Shown: positions 22,879 through 36,300, counted from the whole stretch's first letter. The stretch is DNA of 63,723 nucleotides, filler included, from Lama guanicoe (GCA_013239625.1; 183 parts of 183 records of this genome joined end to end with filler, not necessarily neighbours in it); one strand, 5' to 3'. Made by a program: numbers and translations. Notes: generated by a model not told the origin, from the sequence alone.

Positions 22879-24041
22879 TTAAGTTTCGGTCTTTNNNNNN
22901 NNNNNNNNNNNNNNNNNNNNNNNNNNNNNNNNNNNNNNTTAATTAATTAANNNNNNNNNNNNNNNNNNNNNNNNNNNNNNNNNNNNNNNNNNNNTTTTTT
23001 TCTCTCAACTTTCTCCTAGCTTTTTCCCATGAATCTTACGTTTTTCAAAATCTTGCCCATATGAAAATCAAAACAATACAATTTTTCACCAACTCTAGAT
23101 CCTCCTTTATACCCTTTGGTCTTTCACAATCAAACTTCTCAAAATAATTATCTAAAAACCCTGTTTCTATTTCTCTGATTCCCATTTCCTTCTCAATATA
23201 CTCTATATTATAGGTTAAATTGTATCTCCCTCACTACTTCTCCNNNNNNNNNNNNNNNNNNNNNNNNNNNNNNNNNNNNNNNNNNNNTTAATTAATTAAN
23301 NNNNNNNNNNNNNNNNNNNNNNNNNNNNNNNNNNNNNNNNNNNAAATCCATCAACACCCTGATCTAAACTCTCAAGCATCCATCACATCCACCATCATCA
23401 TCACTAACATTTATTGAGCAATTCCCGTGTGCCAGGCCTTGTTCTCTGGGCTTTATTGGTATTCACCACCATTTAATGGAGCAAACTCCACTTAGCATAT
23501 CCTGCTGCCTACCTGAGGGTATAGCACTCCCATACCTCCTCAGTTCCCTCTACCTCTATTGGCTCCTTTATGGTTTTTGAAGGACATCAAGCNNNNNNNN
23601 NNNNNNNNNNNNNNNNNNNNNNNNNNNNNNNNNNNNTTAATTAATTAANNNNNNNNNNNNNNNNNNNNNNNNNNNNNNNNNNNNNNNNNNNNCCCCACCC
23701 CGACCCCCAGTCCACTTCAGCCTGGGGAATACGACAGGATTTCCACAGCTAAATAGTGACCTGTTCTCTCTTGCTCAATCCCAACCTGTCCAGTCTCTAG
23801 ATGCCTCTCCAAAATAGTCCGGGAACTCTCTGAACAGCATCCGCCTTCCTTTCCTGAGTCAGCCCACCCTCCTGCTCTTCATGGTGACTGAGTCTGTCCC
23901 TGATGGCGTCTGCAGCCGCTCTGCATAGGGACAGTGCCCAGNNNNNNNNNNNNNNNNNNNNNNNNNNNNNNNNNNNNNNNNNNNNTTAATTAATTAANNN
24001 NNNNNNNNNNNNNNNNNNNNNNNNNNNNNNNNNNNNNNNNN

Positions 24042-24289
24042 AGGTCCCATTTGTTAATTTTTTATTTTATTTCTATTGCCTGGGTAGACTACCATAGGAA
24101 AACATTGCTAAGATTTATGTCACAGAATGTTTCTCCTATGTTTTCTTATCGTGTCTTGTCTTATATTTAAGTCTTTAAGCCAATGTGAGCTTATTTTTGT
24201 GTATGGTGTGAGGGAGAGCTCTGACTTCATTGATTTACACGCAACTGTCCAGTTTTCCCAGCACCACTTGCTGAAGAGACTGTCTTTTC
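24042..24289 (-). mobile_element. LINE-1 ORF2 fragment
   Basis: aggtcccatttg...ctaagatttatgtc...gtatggtgtgagggag...ctgtccagttttcccagcaccacttgctgaagagactgtc. Confidence 0.9.
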
Positions 24290-25086
24290 NNNNNNNNNNN
24301 NNNNNNNNNNNNNNNNNNNNNNNNNNNNNNNNNTTAATTAATTAANNNNNNNNNNNNNNNNNNNNNNNNNNNNNNNNNNNNNNNNNNNNATATATATATG
24401 TAGTGGAGTTAACAAGGAATAGAAACTTTGTGTTCCCATATAGTTAGGTGTAGGACAGGATTCAAACACGCTTAAATCTGAAAACTGAGCTTGTGGTGAG
24501 ATGTTCGTTCATCTACCACAAATGGAAAAGTTTGCTGGAGAAACACTTACTCTGGTTTCTCAGTTTGTTTCCTAGTGGCGGTTTGAAATTCCTGCAGTTT
24601 TCGCTGTAAACCCGAGTTGGAGCTTGAATCACCTCATNNNNNNNNNNNNNNNNNNNNNNNNNNNNNNNNNNNNNNNNNNNNTTAATTAATTAANNNNNNN
24701 NNNNNNNNNNNNNNNNNNNNNNNNNNNNNNNNNNNNNTCCACGTAGCTAGTGAGAACTTGCACACACAAAGAATGTGGAAACCGTATGACACGCAGTCAG
24801 AAAGGCTTCAGCACCCGTGCACTGGTACCACTCTCAGTATGACTCAGCGTCCAGATGGAGGCTCTTACCTGCTAGCTTGTAGGAATCTTAGGCACAGAGT
24901 CCTTCCCGAGAACTATTGTTAAATCCAGAGAGTCATCAGGTAGCGAATCTTTTAACAGATTTAAATGCTGTTTTCTCAGGTTTCTTNNNNNNNNNNNNNN
25001 NNNNNNNNNNNNNNNNNNNNNNNNNNNNNNTTAATTAATTAANNNNNNNNNNNNNNNNNNNNNNNNNNNNNNNNNNNNNNNNNNNN

Positions 25087-25270
25087 TAAAATAGATAAAC
25101 AACAAGGCCCTACTGTAGAGCACAGGGAACTATATTCAGTAGCCTGTAATAACCTAGAATCAAAAAGAATATGGAAAAATATATGTATGTATATGTATGA
25201 CTGAAACATGCTCTACACCAGAACCTGACACATTGTAAACTGACTATACTTCGATAAAATAGAATGCAAA
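25087..25270 (+). mobile_element. LINE-1 3'UTR terminus (artiodactyl/camelid type)
   Basis: taaaatagataaacaacaagg.cctactgtagagcacagggaactatattca...gtatatgtatgactgaaacatg...ctgacacattgtaaactgactatacttc, followed by an A-rich tail. Confidence 0.85.
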
Positions 25271-26481
25271 ACAATAGAAAAGTAGAGAAGCAAACAAAAT
25301 TACTCCCCCCTACCAAATAAAACCTCACTAGTCGNNNNNNNNNNNNNNNNNNNNNNNNNNNNNNNNNNNNNNNNNNNNTTAATTAATTAANNNNNNNNNN
25401 NNNNNNNNNNNNNNNNNNNNNNNNNNNNNNNNNNGGGGAGTGGTGCTGACTCAGGCATAGACAGCAGTCCCTGCTTGGCGAGCGCTCTTTCCATTGAGTC
25501 ATCGCTGTTGGCTTTATTGAAAATGGTGATTAATTTAAGTTTGAGCTTTTTCAGCAGTAAATTTAGTTAGACCTGTTTTCTTCTTACAGCCTTGATATGA
25601 CTTTGCCCTCCACTTGACTTCTTAAGATGTTGCATAGTAGGGTATTTCCTGCTTCACTGTTACCCAAACCCCAGTAGCAATTTNNNNNNNNNNNNNNNNN
25701 NNNNNNNNNNNNNNNNNNNNNNNNNNNTTAATTAATTAANNNNNNNNNNNNNNNNNNNNNNNNNNNNNNNNNNNNNNNNNNNNTGCCATGTCTCAAGTAT
25801 CTGGTAGGCCATTCACTGCAGTAGCTACCTTCACGAGCTTAATCTAATCCTGGTTTCTGTACCATCCATCAAGGGAGGAGAGAGTATGGGAAGATGATTG
25901 AAACTACAGCAGTAAGAGTTATTCTCTCTTCATCCACAGCAGACCTTAGCTTCTGCCCACCCTAGCTAGAGTCACTACAGAGAAGACCATAATCTAGGGG
26001 TATACAGTGCAGAAGTCATTCTGACCACATCCNNNNNNNNNNNNNNNNNNNNNNNNNNNNNNNNNNNNNNNNNNNNTTAATTAATTAANNNNNNNNNNNN
26101 NNNNNNNNNNNNNNNNNNNNNNNNNNNNNNNNTTTTTTTTTGTCATAAAATTCTATTTTGTTAAGTGACCCACATGGTTCTGAATGAAAGCACTGACCAA
26201 AGAACAGATTGAATATTAGTTACTACAATCATTTGGATGGGTCAGCATCATTTATTAATAATCCCAAGCATTGCAATATTAGGACAGTCTTGAGGGTGCC
26301 CTGCACATGAATAGGACTATGGCACGTAGAGCAAAGTTGCAGAGACTTTTCTGCTGAAACAACGCTCCTATTCCCACTACANNNNNNNNNNNNNNNNNNN
26401 NNNNNNNNNNNNNNNNNNNNNNNNNTTAATTAATTAANNNNNNNNNNNNNNNNNNNNNNNNNNNNNNNNNNNNNNNNNNNN

Positions 26482-26730
26482 CCGCTGCGGGAGCGCAGCC
26501 ACCTTGACCGCGTCCGGCCCTGCGGGCCCCGCGATCCCGCCCCGCGCGCCCCCAGGGCCTGCTCCCCGCCTGGTGCGCCCCTGCTCGGCCCCGCACGCCC
26601 CCAGAGGACCCTGGGCCGGGACGGCCGTCCTGGGCCGCGGCTGCGTCGGGGGCCGGACTCCGGGGCAGCTCCAGGCGGCGGAGTCGCCCTTTGAAGCGCC
26701 CGGTGGGCCCGGGCGGGCGGCGGGGACCGC
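26482..26730. promoter_or_regulatory. CpG-island fragment, gene unknown
   Basis: Extremely GC-rich with unusually dense CpG across the entire contig. Confidence 0.55.
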
Positions 26731-27232
26731 NNNNNNNNNNNNNNNNNNNNNNNNNNNNNNNNNNNNNNNNNNNNTTAATTAATTAANNNNNNNNNNNNNN
26801 NNNNNNNNNNNNNNNNNNNNNNNNNNNNNNCCTGAGGCGGGAGGTCCTTGGTGGTCCTGGAAGGATGGATTGGAGAGGCCGTGCATGGACAGGGCCAGCC
26901 TGGGCATGTAGGGGGATGATGTGAGTGACCCATCAAGTGATCACGTGCATGGGGAGCAACACATCCACCTGCTGCCTCTCCCTGGCGGGTCTCAGATCCT
27001 GCCTCTGCTTTAGGACGAAGTCTGTTTCAGCATTCTTGTTCCTGTCTTCCATTTACTTCATCTGCATCTCCAGGCCTGANNNNNNNNNNNNNNNNNNNNN
27101 NNNNNNNNNNNNNNNNNNNNNNNTTAATTAATTAANNNNNNNNNNNNNNNNNNNNNNNNNNNNNNNNNNNNNNNNNNNNTTCTAAGCAGTTCTTCTCCCA
27201 ATTCATTGACTTCTAAAGTCCTTAATACCTTC

Positions 27233-27428
27233 GGATGTGAGAGCAGTCTTTCACCCCATTGATCACCAGGGTTGATTCGGCTGATCCGGCTGGCTAGACG
27301 AGTGTCTCCTTCCTCCCTCACCGCTCCATGTGCGTCCCTCCCGAAGCTGCGTGCTCGGTTGAAGAGGACGACCAACCCCGATAGAGGAGGACCGTTCTTC
27401 TAGGTCAAGGTCAAGGGTGTACGAGTAA
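27233..27428 (+). pseudogene. RN7SK: 7SK snRNA retropseudogene (5' ~200 nt)
   Basis: ggatgtgag...tcaccccattgatcaccagggttgattcggctgatccggctggctag...ccttcctccctcaccgctccatgtgcgtccctcccgaagctgcg...gaagaggacgacc...gatagaggaggaccg matches 7SK. It carries a ~15-nt deletion near the 5' end, CpG-type transitions and a ggtcaa duplication, and has no TATA box upstream. Confidence 0.92.
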
Positions 27429-28226
27429 NNNNNNNNNNNNNNNNNNNNNNNNNNNNNNNNNNNNNNNNNNNNTTAATTAATTAANNNNNNNNNNNNNNNN
27501 NNNNNNNNNNNNNNNNNNNNNNNNNNNNTTTAATCTGCTATACAGAATAAGTGAAACATCATGAAAAGCTTTAAGTATAGTAATTTTAAAGTCATTCCCT
27601 GAAATTCTAAAGGTCATCTAAATTAATTCAGCGGGACTGCCTGAGGCAAGAGTGTTGCTGTGAAACATACAGATCATCAAAGCCGTGTGAGCACAGCAGC
27701 TGGGAAACGAGCCTGACGTAATAATAGATATTTAAATTTCAGAAAAGGATCAATGCCATAAAACAACAGGCAAAAATNNNNNNNNNNNNNNNNNNNNNNN
27801 NNNNNNNNNNNNNNNNNNNNNTTAATTAATTAANNNNNNNNNNNNNNNNNNNNNNNNNNNNNNNNNNNNNNNNNNNNAGACCGAGGAGCAGCTTCCTGTG
27901 TGTCCTCTGACCCTTGCCCACCAGCCTCCCTGTAAGGAGAACACTGCTGTCCCCTTCTCCTTCCCAAATTTTCCAGATGTCTTCTGAGAAGTCTCAGACT
28001 GAACACTGTGCTCAAGGTCTGTCTCACCCCAGGTTCTCTTGGGTGCAGACACCGTGGTGGACACACAGCGGCATTTGCCCTTGACCCTCCACACCCCGCG
28101 GCCTGGTCCTGACTGTGATTAGCTTANNNNNNNNNNNNNNNNNNNNNNNNNNNNNNNNNNNNNNNNNNNNTTAATTAATTAANNNNNNNNNNNNNNNNNN
28201 NNNNNNNNNNNNNNNNNNNNNNNNNN

Positions 28227-28330
28227 TGTTGTAGCTGGGGTTGAGCGTGATCTCTGGCCCTTGCTGCCAAACCCCATTGTAGTAGGTCCCCCTTGAATAA
28301 AGTCTTCCGTGCAGCCTGTAACAAGTGTCA
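28227..28330 (+). mobile_element. ERV1 (MER4-group-like) LTR 3' end
   Basis: gggttgagcgtgatctct...cattgtagtaggtccccttgaataaagtcttcc...aacaagtgtca, with a polyA signal. Confidence 0.5.
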
Positions 28331-30049
28331 AGTTTCATGAATTTTTTTTTCTTTAACAGTATGCGCACAACCTCATGTCCATAAAAGAGAAGAACTAGGT
28401 GACTGGCTATCTTCCTTGTCCCCATATTGATCTGTGCAGTCACAAATTAGAAACAGCGGTGAGTTTTAGTATGGCNNNNNNNNNNNNNNNNNNNNNNNNN
28501 NNNNNNNNNNNNNNNNNNNTTAATTAATTAANNNNNNNNNNNNNNNNNNNNNNNNNNNNNNNNNNNNNNNNNNNNTTTTAACCAGCTACCTGATCCACTA
28601 ATCCTTCTTTTCCTTTTCATTAACATTCAGAACAACAGAAAATTAAAAAGAATTCTGGATGTCCTTTACTGAGAACCAACTGTAAACGTTTGTCACATTG
28701 GCACTATATATATAGACAGAAAATAAAATTTCATTTGGGGGAGTTTTGAACTATTTGTAAGTAAATTATAGATATCGACACTGCATAGATATTGTCAAAA
28801 CAAGGACATTTTCTTATATAAAAANNNNNNNNNNNNNNNNNNNNNNNNNNNNNNNNNNNNNNNNNNNNTTAATTAATTAANNNNNNNNNNNNNNNNNNNN
28901 NNNNNNNNNNNNNNNNNNNNNNNNAACAGTATGAAAAGAAGCCACAAAACCCAAGAATGCTCTGGGAGGGAGATTTCGATGCTGGAAACCACCCCCCAGA
29001 AGTTCAAGAAGAAAAGAGCACAGATGAATTCCTGGTTATTTGGGAAAAGAAACATATTTTAAGAAACAATAAGAAGAGAAAGAATTCCAGGACAAGCCAG
29101 TGAAATGAAGGAAATATTGAAGGGAATGCTTTGGCTTGTGTATTTTTCCTTGGCTGGGGAGTTTGAACTACTANNNNNNNNNNNNNNNNNNNNNNNNNNN
29201 NNNNNNNNNNNNNNNNNTTAATTAATTAANNNNNNNNNNNNNNNNNNNNNNNNNNNNNNNNNNNNNNNNNNNNCTGGAGTCTGGGCCGATTCCTGGGTGA
29301 TCAGTTGCCCGGTGTCCACAGGACAGTCCAGATCCATGCTATAACTAGGGTGCGATTCTTAGCAGCAACCCAGAGCATCCTGATTTGGACTATAAATTGT
29401 ATCCCCATGGCCCTGTCAGACCCTGGAGAGTCTCACAGCCTCCCCACCCCCTTCCACCTCCCTGGAGCGTTGTGTAGCCTGCTTGGGCCTCACCCAAGGA
29501 CAAGAAGGCCAGACAGCAAAAANNNNNNNNNNNNNNNNNNNNNNNNNNNNNNNNNNNNNNNNNNNNTTAATTAATTAANNNNNNNNNNNNNNNNNNNNNN
29601 NNNNNNNNNNNNNNNNNNNNNNGTGTGTGTGTGTCTGTTTCCTATAATAAAGACTATTGAGCTGACTGGAGAAATCTGAGCACAGCCTGTCCCTTAGGTA
29701 TTGTGTTAATTTCCTGTATTTGCTCATCATACTAGTCCTATAGTTATGCAAGAGTATGTTCTTGTTTTCAGGGAATTGACACCAAACTATATAGAGTAGG
29801 AGTGTCATGCTTGTAACTTACCTCAGAGTCCCAAAGTAAAAAACGTATATAATTATATTTATATACACATANNNNNNNNNNNNNNNNNNNNNNNNNNNNN
29901 NNNNNNNNNNNNNNNTTAATTAATTAANNNNNNNNNNNNNNNNNNNNNNNNNNNNNNNNNNNNNNNNNNNNGTGCTGGATGCCACAGAGGAGCCGGAGAG
30001 CCCACGTGAACGGCTCTGGCGAGGGGACACCAGTTACAGGGCTTTGTGT

Positions 30050-30165
30050 TGTCACCACCGTCAGCATCGCCATCACCGCCACCATCATTACTGTCGCCAC
30101 CAAAACCACCACCGCCACCATCACCACCACCACCACCACCACTGAAATCACCATCGTCGCCACCC
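30050..30165 (+). repeat. Degenerate (CAC/CAT)n trinucleotide repeat
   Basis: caccaccgtcagcatcgccatcaccgccaccatc...caccaccaccaccaccacc. Confidence 0.85.
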
Positions 30166-30524
30166 GAGTCGCACAGCTCTGCAGTGAGGAAGCGGGGGCT
30201 GGAGGACAGTTTGCTGTGACNNNNNNNNNNNNNNNNNNNNNNNNNNNNNNNNNNNNNNNNNNNNTTAATTAATTAANNNNNNNNNNNNNNNNNNNNNNNN
30301 NNNNNNNNNNNNNNNNNNNNGGGGAAGGGAACAGATCAATATATTTTCCTTAGCAAAACATACTTAAAAAAGTGTGAAAATTGTTTTCTTTACAAACACA
30401 GACACAAAAACCAAAGCCCATAAAGAATGATTAAAGAGCCGTCAAACCCTTTGCCCTGCCATCAAATTCTGCATAACAAAACAAAAATAACAGAAGGAAA
30501 ATATCATATAAATATCAATCTCAA

Positions 30525-30569
30525 GGGGGATAGTGTACACTCAGTGGCAGAGTGTGTGCTCAGCATGCA
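30525..30569 (+). mobile_element. Vic-1-type SINE 5' head (truncated by contig end)
   Basis: gggggatagtgtacactcagtggcagagtgtgtgctcagcatgca, a tRNA-like A-box region. Confidence 0.6.
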
Positions 30570-31018
30570 NNNNNNNNNNNNNNNNNNNNNNNNNNNNNNN
30601 NNNNNNNNNNNNNTTAATTAATTAANNNNNNNNNNNNNNNNNNNNNNNNNNNNNNNNNNNNNNNNNNNNAAAAAAAAAAATCAGAGCATGTCACTCCCTG
30701 CTTAACAATCTCCCATGACTTCCCTTGGAAGAGAGCCCCAGCTTCTCACTTTGGTCCCTGTGTATGCTGACCTCTCCTCCATCATTCTCCCCTCTGCCCA
30801 GAAGCTGGTCACACTGGCTGCTTTTCTATTCCTTGAACTTGACAAACTTTTCCCCACCAGTCCCTTTGCCCAGAACACTCTGCCCAGATCTTTCAGAGGG
30901 ATGTCACCTCCCCATCAGNNNNNNNNNNNNNNNNNNNNNNNNNNNNNNNNNNNNNNNNNNNNTTAATTAATTAANNNNNNNNNNNNNNNNNNNNNNNNNN
31001 NNNNNNNNNNNNNNNNNN

Positions 31019-31267
31019 CACACTTTGACATATGTTGCAGCAATATTTTGGGGGTCCATCTACTAAAATAAAAGAAATAAATGCAAAAATAAACAATTGG
31101 GACCTAATTAAACTTCAAGGGTTTTACACAGCAAAGGAAACCATCTGAAACATGAAAAGTTAAGTTCCTGAATGGGAGAAAATACTTGCAAATGCTGTGA
31201 CTGACAAGGGATTAATATCTAACACATATAAACAGCTCATACAACTCAACATCAAAAAAACAAACAA
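31019..31267 (+). mobile_element. LINE-1 ORF2 fragment
   Basis: aaataaacaattgggacctaattaaactt...cacagcaaaggaaaccatc...gaatgggagaaaata.ttgcaaat...gacaagggattaatatc. Confidence 0.9.
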
Positions 31268-32142
31268 NNNNNNNNNNNNNNNNNNNNNNNNNNNNNNNNN
31301 NNNNNNNNNNNTTAATTAATTAANNNNNNNNNNNNNNNNNNNNNNNNNNNNNNNNNNNNNNNNNNNNAATTTCACCTCCCTGGTCAAGCCCTCTAAGCTT
31401 TTCCAAATATTTTATGAGCATTTCAACCTATGTATGTAAATTCCTTTAAAGTTTTACTTATTTTTAATCTAAAAGGATTTAAATCCTCAAGTGACTTCTG
31501 CCTCCATAATAGCAAACAACAAATCAGACTCCGTATTAGAACTGTTCCTTTGACTTTAACCCTGTGCCCCTGTGCTCTGTTTCCAAGGCTTAGTCTTGTT
31601 GGTTCTGCACCTTTTANNNNNNNNNNNNNNNNNNNNNNNNNNNNNNNNNNNNNNNNNNNNTTAATTAATTAANNNNNNNNNNNNNNNNNNNNNNNNNNNN
31701 NNNNNNNNNNNNNNNNTTATTTGTCAAAAGAGACTTCGTTATCCTGTTTAGAAAGTAGGAAGATTGCTCAAGGGTTTCCATGTTAGCCCCTAAAATACGA
31801 GGGTAGCACAAAGTTACAAACAGTAAATTTGCAAGTTAACAAGGCATGTAAATCCACTGAAGAAATAAAATCAAAACAGCCAACAGATCAAAGGTTATTG
31901 TGCCGGCTTCATAAAGATACTTAAAATGAGGAAAAGTATAAATTAACGAAACAAAACAACAAAACNNNNNNNNNNNNNNNNNNNNNNNNNNNNNNNNNNN
32001 NNNNNNNNNTTAATTAATTAANNNNNNNNNNNNNNNNNNNNNNNNNNNNNNNNNNNNNNNNNNNNGTGGACAGAGAAAAATTGTCACACTAATTTGACTT
32101 GCCGCAATAAAATGCTAGAAAATAGCTGTTGGCTTTTCCACC

Positions 32143-32314
32143 GTGGTAGTTGGTTGTAAAGTGTCCTCAATTCATGACCTCTCCCCGTATCCATGTCCTT
32201 GGCAATGTGACTCAGCAGCTCCTCCCACCAGAAACTGATATCTACTTTCCTACCCTTGAATCTCAGTGGAACTTGTGACTTGCTTTTGTCAGTATTATGC
32301 AGCACAAGTGACAC
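32143..32314 (+). mobile_element. MLT1 (MaLR) LTR fragment
   Basis: cctctccccgtatccatg...gcaatgtgact...cagctcctcccacc...cccttgaatct...gtgacttgctttt. Confidence 0.65.
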
Positions 32315-32763
32315 NNNNNNNNNNNNNNNNNNNNNNNNNNNNNNNNNNNNNNNNNNNNTTAATTAATTAANNNNNNNNNNNNNNNNNNNNNNNNNNNNNN
32401 NNNNNNNNNNNNNNGCCCTGCTGCGGGCGGAGGGTTTGCTCCTGGGACACTTTGCAGCCAGGGTGGGCTGGAAGGAGCAGGGGGTACCACCCCCCACAGG
32501 CTCTGCACTCCCTCGCCTGGGATGGGGCTGAGGAAAAGCAGCCTCAGGAGGCGCCGGGCCTGGCAGGTCCCAGTTTCCGCTGCCCAATGGGGAGAGCAAA
32601 GGCCTTTCCTTGGTGATGCCCCAGGGCCTTCTCTGGATCTGCCTGGCCGTGTGGGAGGCGAGTNNNNNNNNNNNNNNNNNNNNNNNNNNNNNNNNNNNNN
32701 NNNNNNNTTAATTAATTAANNNNNNNNNNNNNNNNNNNNNNNNNNNNNNNNNNNNNNNNNNNN

Positions 32764-32856
32764 TTTGCTTATTTTTCAGTGGAGGTGCTGGGGACTGAAC
32801 CCAGGACCTCACGCACGCTAAGCAGGCAGTCTACCACGGAGCTATGCCCCCACCCC
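32764..32856 (-). mobile_element. Vic-1-type tRNA-derived SINE
   Basis: ggaggtgctggggactgaacccaggacctcacgcacgctaagcaggcagtctaccacggagctatgcccccacccc. Confidence 0.85.
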
Positions 32857-33112
32857 GTGGAGGGGGGTTTTACACGCAAGCCCAGGTCATGAGCTAGGTT
32901 TCACCCCATTCCATCTCAGAGCTCTCTCGCTCCTTCAGCGGAGAGCTTGGAAGTGACTGGAAATGTACCGTGGGACGCTTCCTTCCAGATTTTACATGAG
33001 CACGTTAGCCAGNNNNNNNNNNNNNNNNNNNNNNNNNNNNNNNNNNNNNNNNNNNNTTAATTAATTAANNNNNNNNNNNNNNNNNNNNNNNNNNNNNNNN
33101 NNNNNNNNNNNN

Positions 33113-33361
33113 ACTGGTCCTGCAGGGAGGGAGCGGCACAGGAAGAAAGGCACCCTCACGCCGGGACACCCCCTCTCCAGCCAGGAGGTCAGCGGGGACA
33201 GAAGCGGAACTTCTGAGGCTCGAGGCTCAGAGGAGAAAGTGGCAACCGCTTGGGTGACAGAACTAAAGAAAACCGACGTGGAAGGTGCCTGCGATCCCCC
33301 GCCCTAGATGTGAGCCGGCAGGGACGAGCCAGGACTGGCTGCTGGAGATCAATAAACAACA
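33113..33361 (+). mobile_element. Probable LINE-1 5'UTR fragment
   Basis: gaagaaagg.accctcac...ccctctccagcc.ggaggtcagcggggacagaag...ttctgaggctc...gaggagaaag.ggcaacc resembles artiodactyl L1 5'UTR. Confidence 0.5.
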
Positions 33362-36300
33362 NNNNNNNNNNNNNNNNNNNNNNNNNNNNNNNNNNNNNNN
33401 NNNNNTTAATTAATTAANNNNNNNNNNNNNNNNNNNNNNNNNNNNNNNNNNNNNNNNNNNNAGTTTGGTGTGCTCATAACAATCCTGGTTTATGCCTTTT
33501 GTCCTGAAGTCCCATCTAGTTTAGCATTTGTCCTACCCCCTTTCACTCTCCAAAGTGTCCCAGTTTGGACATTTAATTAAATGGTCACCCGTGTGTTCCT
33601 CTTCCTGTTCCTCGTGCTCTACTCCCTTCCCATGTTAACCACCACCACAGGGACCCTTCCACTTGCTTAGTTACCGTTCGTGGTGAAGCGTCTGCACTCC
33701 TCAGGGGACANNNNNNNNNNNNNNNNNNNNNNNNNNNNNNNNNNNNNNNNNNNNTTAATTAATTAANNNNNNNNNNNNNNNNNNNNNNNNNNNNNNNNNN
33801 NNNNNNNNNNCTCCTTTCTGTCTCTATAAATCTGCATATTCCAGCTGTCACCCATGTAAAAGTCCACGCCTACAAGTGGAATCATATAATCTTTGTCTCC
33901 CTGCGTCTGGCTAATTTCACTTAGCATAGTGTTTTCAATGTTCATCCACGTTGTAATAAAATTTCATCTCTTTTTCTCAACTAAAACAATAGATGGTAAA
34001 AAATACATACAATTCATTATCCTAACCATTTTAAAGTATTCGGTTCAGTGGTAACTCTANNNNNNNNNNNNNNNNNNNNNNNNNNNNNNNNNNNNNNNNN
34101 NNNTTAATTAATTAANNNNNNNNNNNNNNNNNNNNNNNNNNNNNNNNNNNNNNNNNNNNTACATAGTTCCCAATGTTTTGTTCATAGTAGGCAGTTAATA
34201 AATAATTGTTTTTTTTTTTTAACCTTACATACTGGGCTTCAGTAGAATTTTCCTTTACCGAGGTGAAGACATGCTGTCAACAAATCCTTCTTATTGCAAT
34301 CATGAAAAGAAAGTATATTTCGTCAAGCACATTTGGGATTTCACAGGCACTTAAGTAACTTAAGGTAATTATTTTATTTTTTATTTTTTATTGTGTTAAA
34401 AAATACATNNNNNNNNNNNNNNNNNNNNNNNNNNNNNNNNNNNNNNNNNNNNTTAATTAATTAANNNNNNNNNNNNNNNNNNNNNNNNNNNNNNNNNNNN
34501 NNNNNNNNGTAGTTTAATTCAAACATTAAATAAAAAATAATACCAGTCAAATATTTTCAGGAAATAGAGAACACTCTTCAATCTATTCTTTGAGGCAAGT
34601 ATAAGCCTCTCACCAAAATATTATGAATGAACTAAAAGCAAAAATTAGAGGCTAATATTCCTTGAGAGTATAATCACAAAAAATCATTAATAAAATATTA
34701 ATAAATTTAACCTAACAATATAAAATTATATTACATCATGACCAGTTGGATCTCCTCNNNNNNNNNNNNNNNNNNNNNNNNNNNNNNNNNNNNNNNNNNN
34801 NTTAATTAATTAANNNNNNNNNNNNNNNNNNNNNNNNNNNNNNNNNNNNNNNNNNNNAAAATATACCTGGTATCTATAAGCATTAAGTCAGATAAACTCA
34901 GCTATTAAAAGAACAAGACACATAGTCGGGTCAAGTGACACATTATACTTTCCAAAGATGGCAACAGCTGTATCTCCTGCTCCACACGCTCTTCTGGAAC
35001 CTTCCTACCCACTCAGGCTGGGGAGCATATTTTCCATTCCCTTGAATGTGCAAAACAGAAAAGTGATGTGACTTCTGAGGCTAGATGTCTGTTACAGGCT
35101 GACTCTNNNNNNNNNNNNNNNNNNNNNNNNNNNNNNNNNNNNNNNNNNNNTTAATTAATTAANNNNNNNNNNNNNNNNNNNNNNNNNNNNNNNNNNNNNN
35201 NNNNNNTGAGGGAGAGAAGATAGGTCTTTCCCACTTGTGTGTTGGTGAGCGAGCTGGAGCCCACGGGGACAGAGAACCCAGAGCCCCGGTTCTGACCCCA
35301 CTGTGTCTCTGCGGTTGGTGTGAACCACAGCCCAGCCCCTGCAGAGCTAAAGCTCTAGCTTGGGACTTGAGATGAAACAGGCTCAAGGGTGAGTCTCCTG
35401 CTAGGACCACTTTCCTTTTATTAAAAAAAATAAATTAATAGAGCTGATTTTTTTTNNNNNNNNNNNNNNNNNNNNNNNNNNNNNNNNNNNNNNNNNNNNT
35501 TAATTAATTAANNNNNNNNNNNNNNNNNNNNNNNNNNNNNNNNNNNNNNNNNNNNAACTCCTCGTTGCTGAAGTTGCCCCTGGACCAAGGCCACAGGTAA
35601 ATGATAGTGCCAGAGCTGCTATTCCAGCCCTGAGTCTGCAACTCACCCAACCAACCCGAGCCCGCATTTTGTTCCCAGGAACGGTTGTAAAAGGATAAGA
35701 TCCCCATTACGTGGAAGGAGACTGGCTCCTGGAAGCCTGTGGGAAAAGAACAGAGAGATGAGAAAGGGCACTGAGAAGGAGAAAATGGAGAAGGAAAGGT
35801 GCCANNNNNNNNNNNNNNNNNNNNNNNNNNNNNNNNNNNNNNNNNNNNTTAATTAATTAANNNNNNNNNNNNNNNNNNNNNNNNNNNNNNNNNNNNNNNN
35901 NNNNACTTTTAATAGGAACTAACTTTATAATCCATTATAGAGAAATCATCAAAATAATATTTACAAAGTACCTTTAACTTTGTAAAGTATTGCCACAAGC
36001 ATTACCCACTTCATCTATTATTCACGTGCTCATCCAGCAAGAACTATTTTTGGTAGCATTCTTGGCTCTAAGCTGGGAGCTGGAATAGATCTAAAAGCTC
36101 TCCTCCAGTAGGTAGGAAGCACACGAATGGGATATGCTAAGCACCGGGATGGGNNNNNNNNNNNNNNNNNNNNNNNNNNNNNNNNNNNNNNNNNNNNTTA
36201 ATTAATTAANNNNNNNNNNNNNNNNNNNNNNNNNNNNNNNNNNNNNNNNNNNNGAAAGAACAGGGTTAACGATGCTTTGAAAACTGTAATAAGATGAATA

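Noticed and set aside
29924..30272. Thr-rich (plus) and Val-rich (minus) ORFs resembling a mucin or a transmembrane peptide
   Set aside because: Both are translations of a degenerate CAC trinucleotide repeat.
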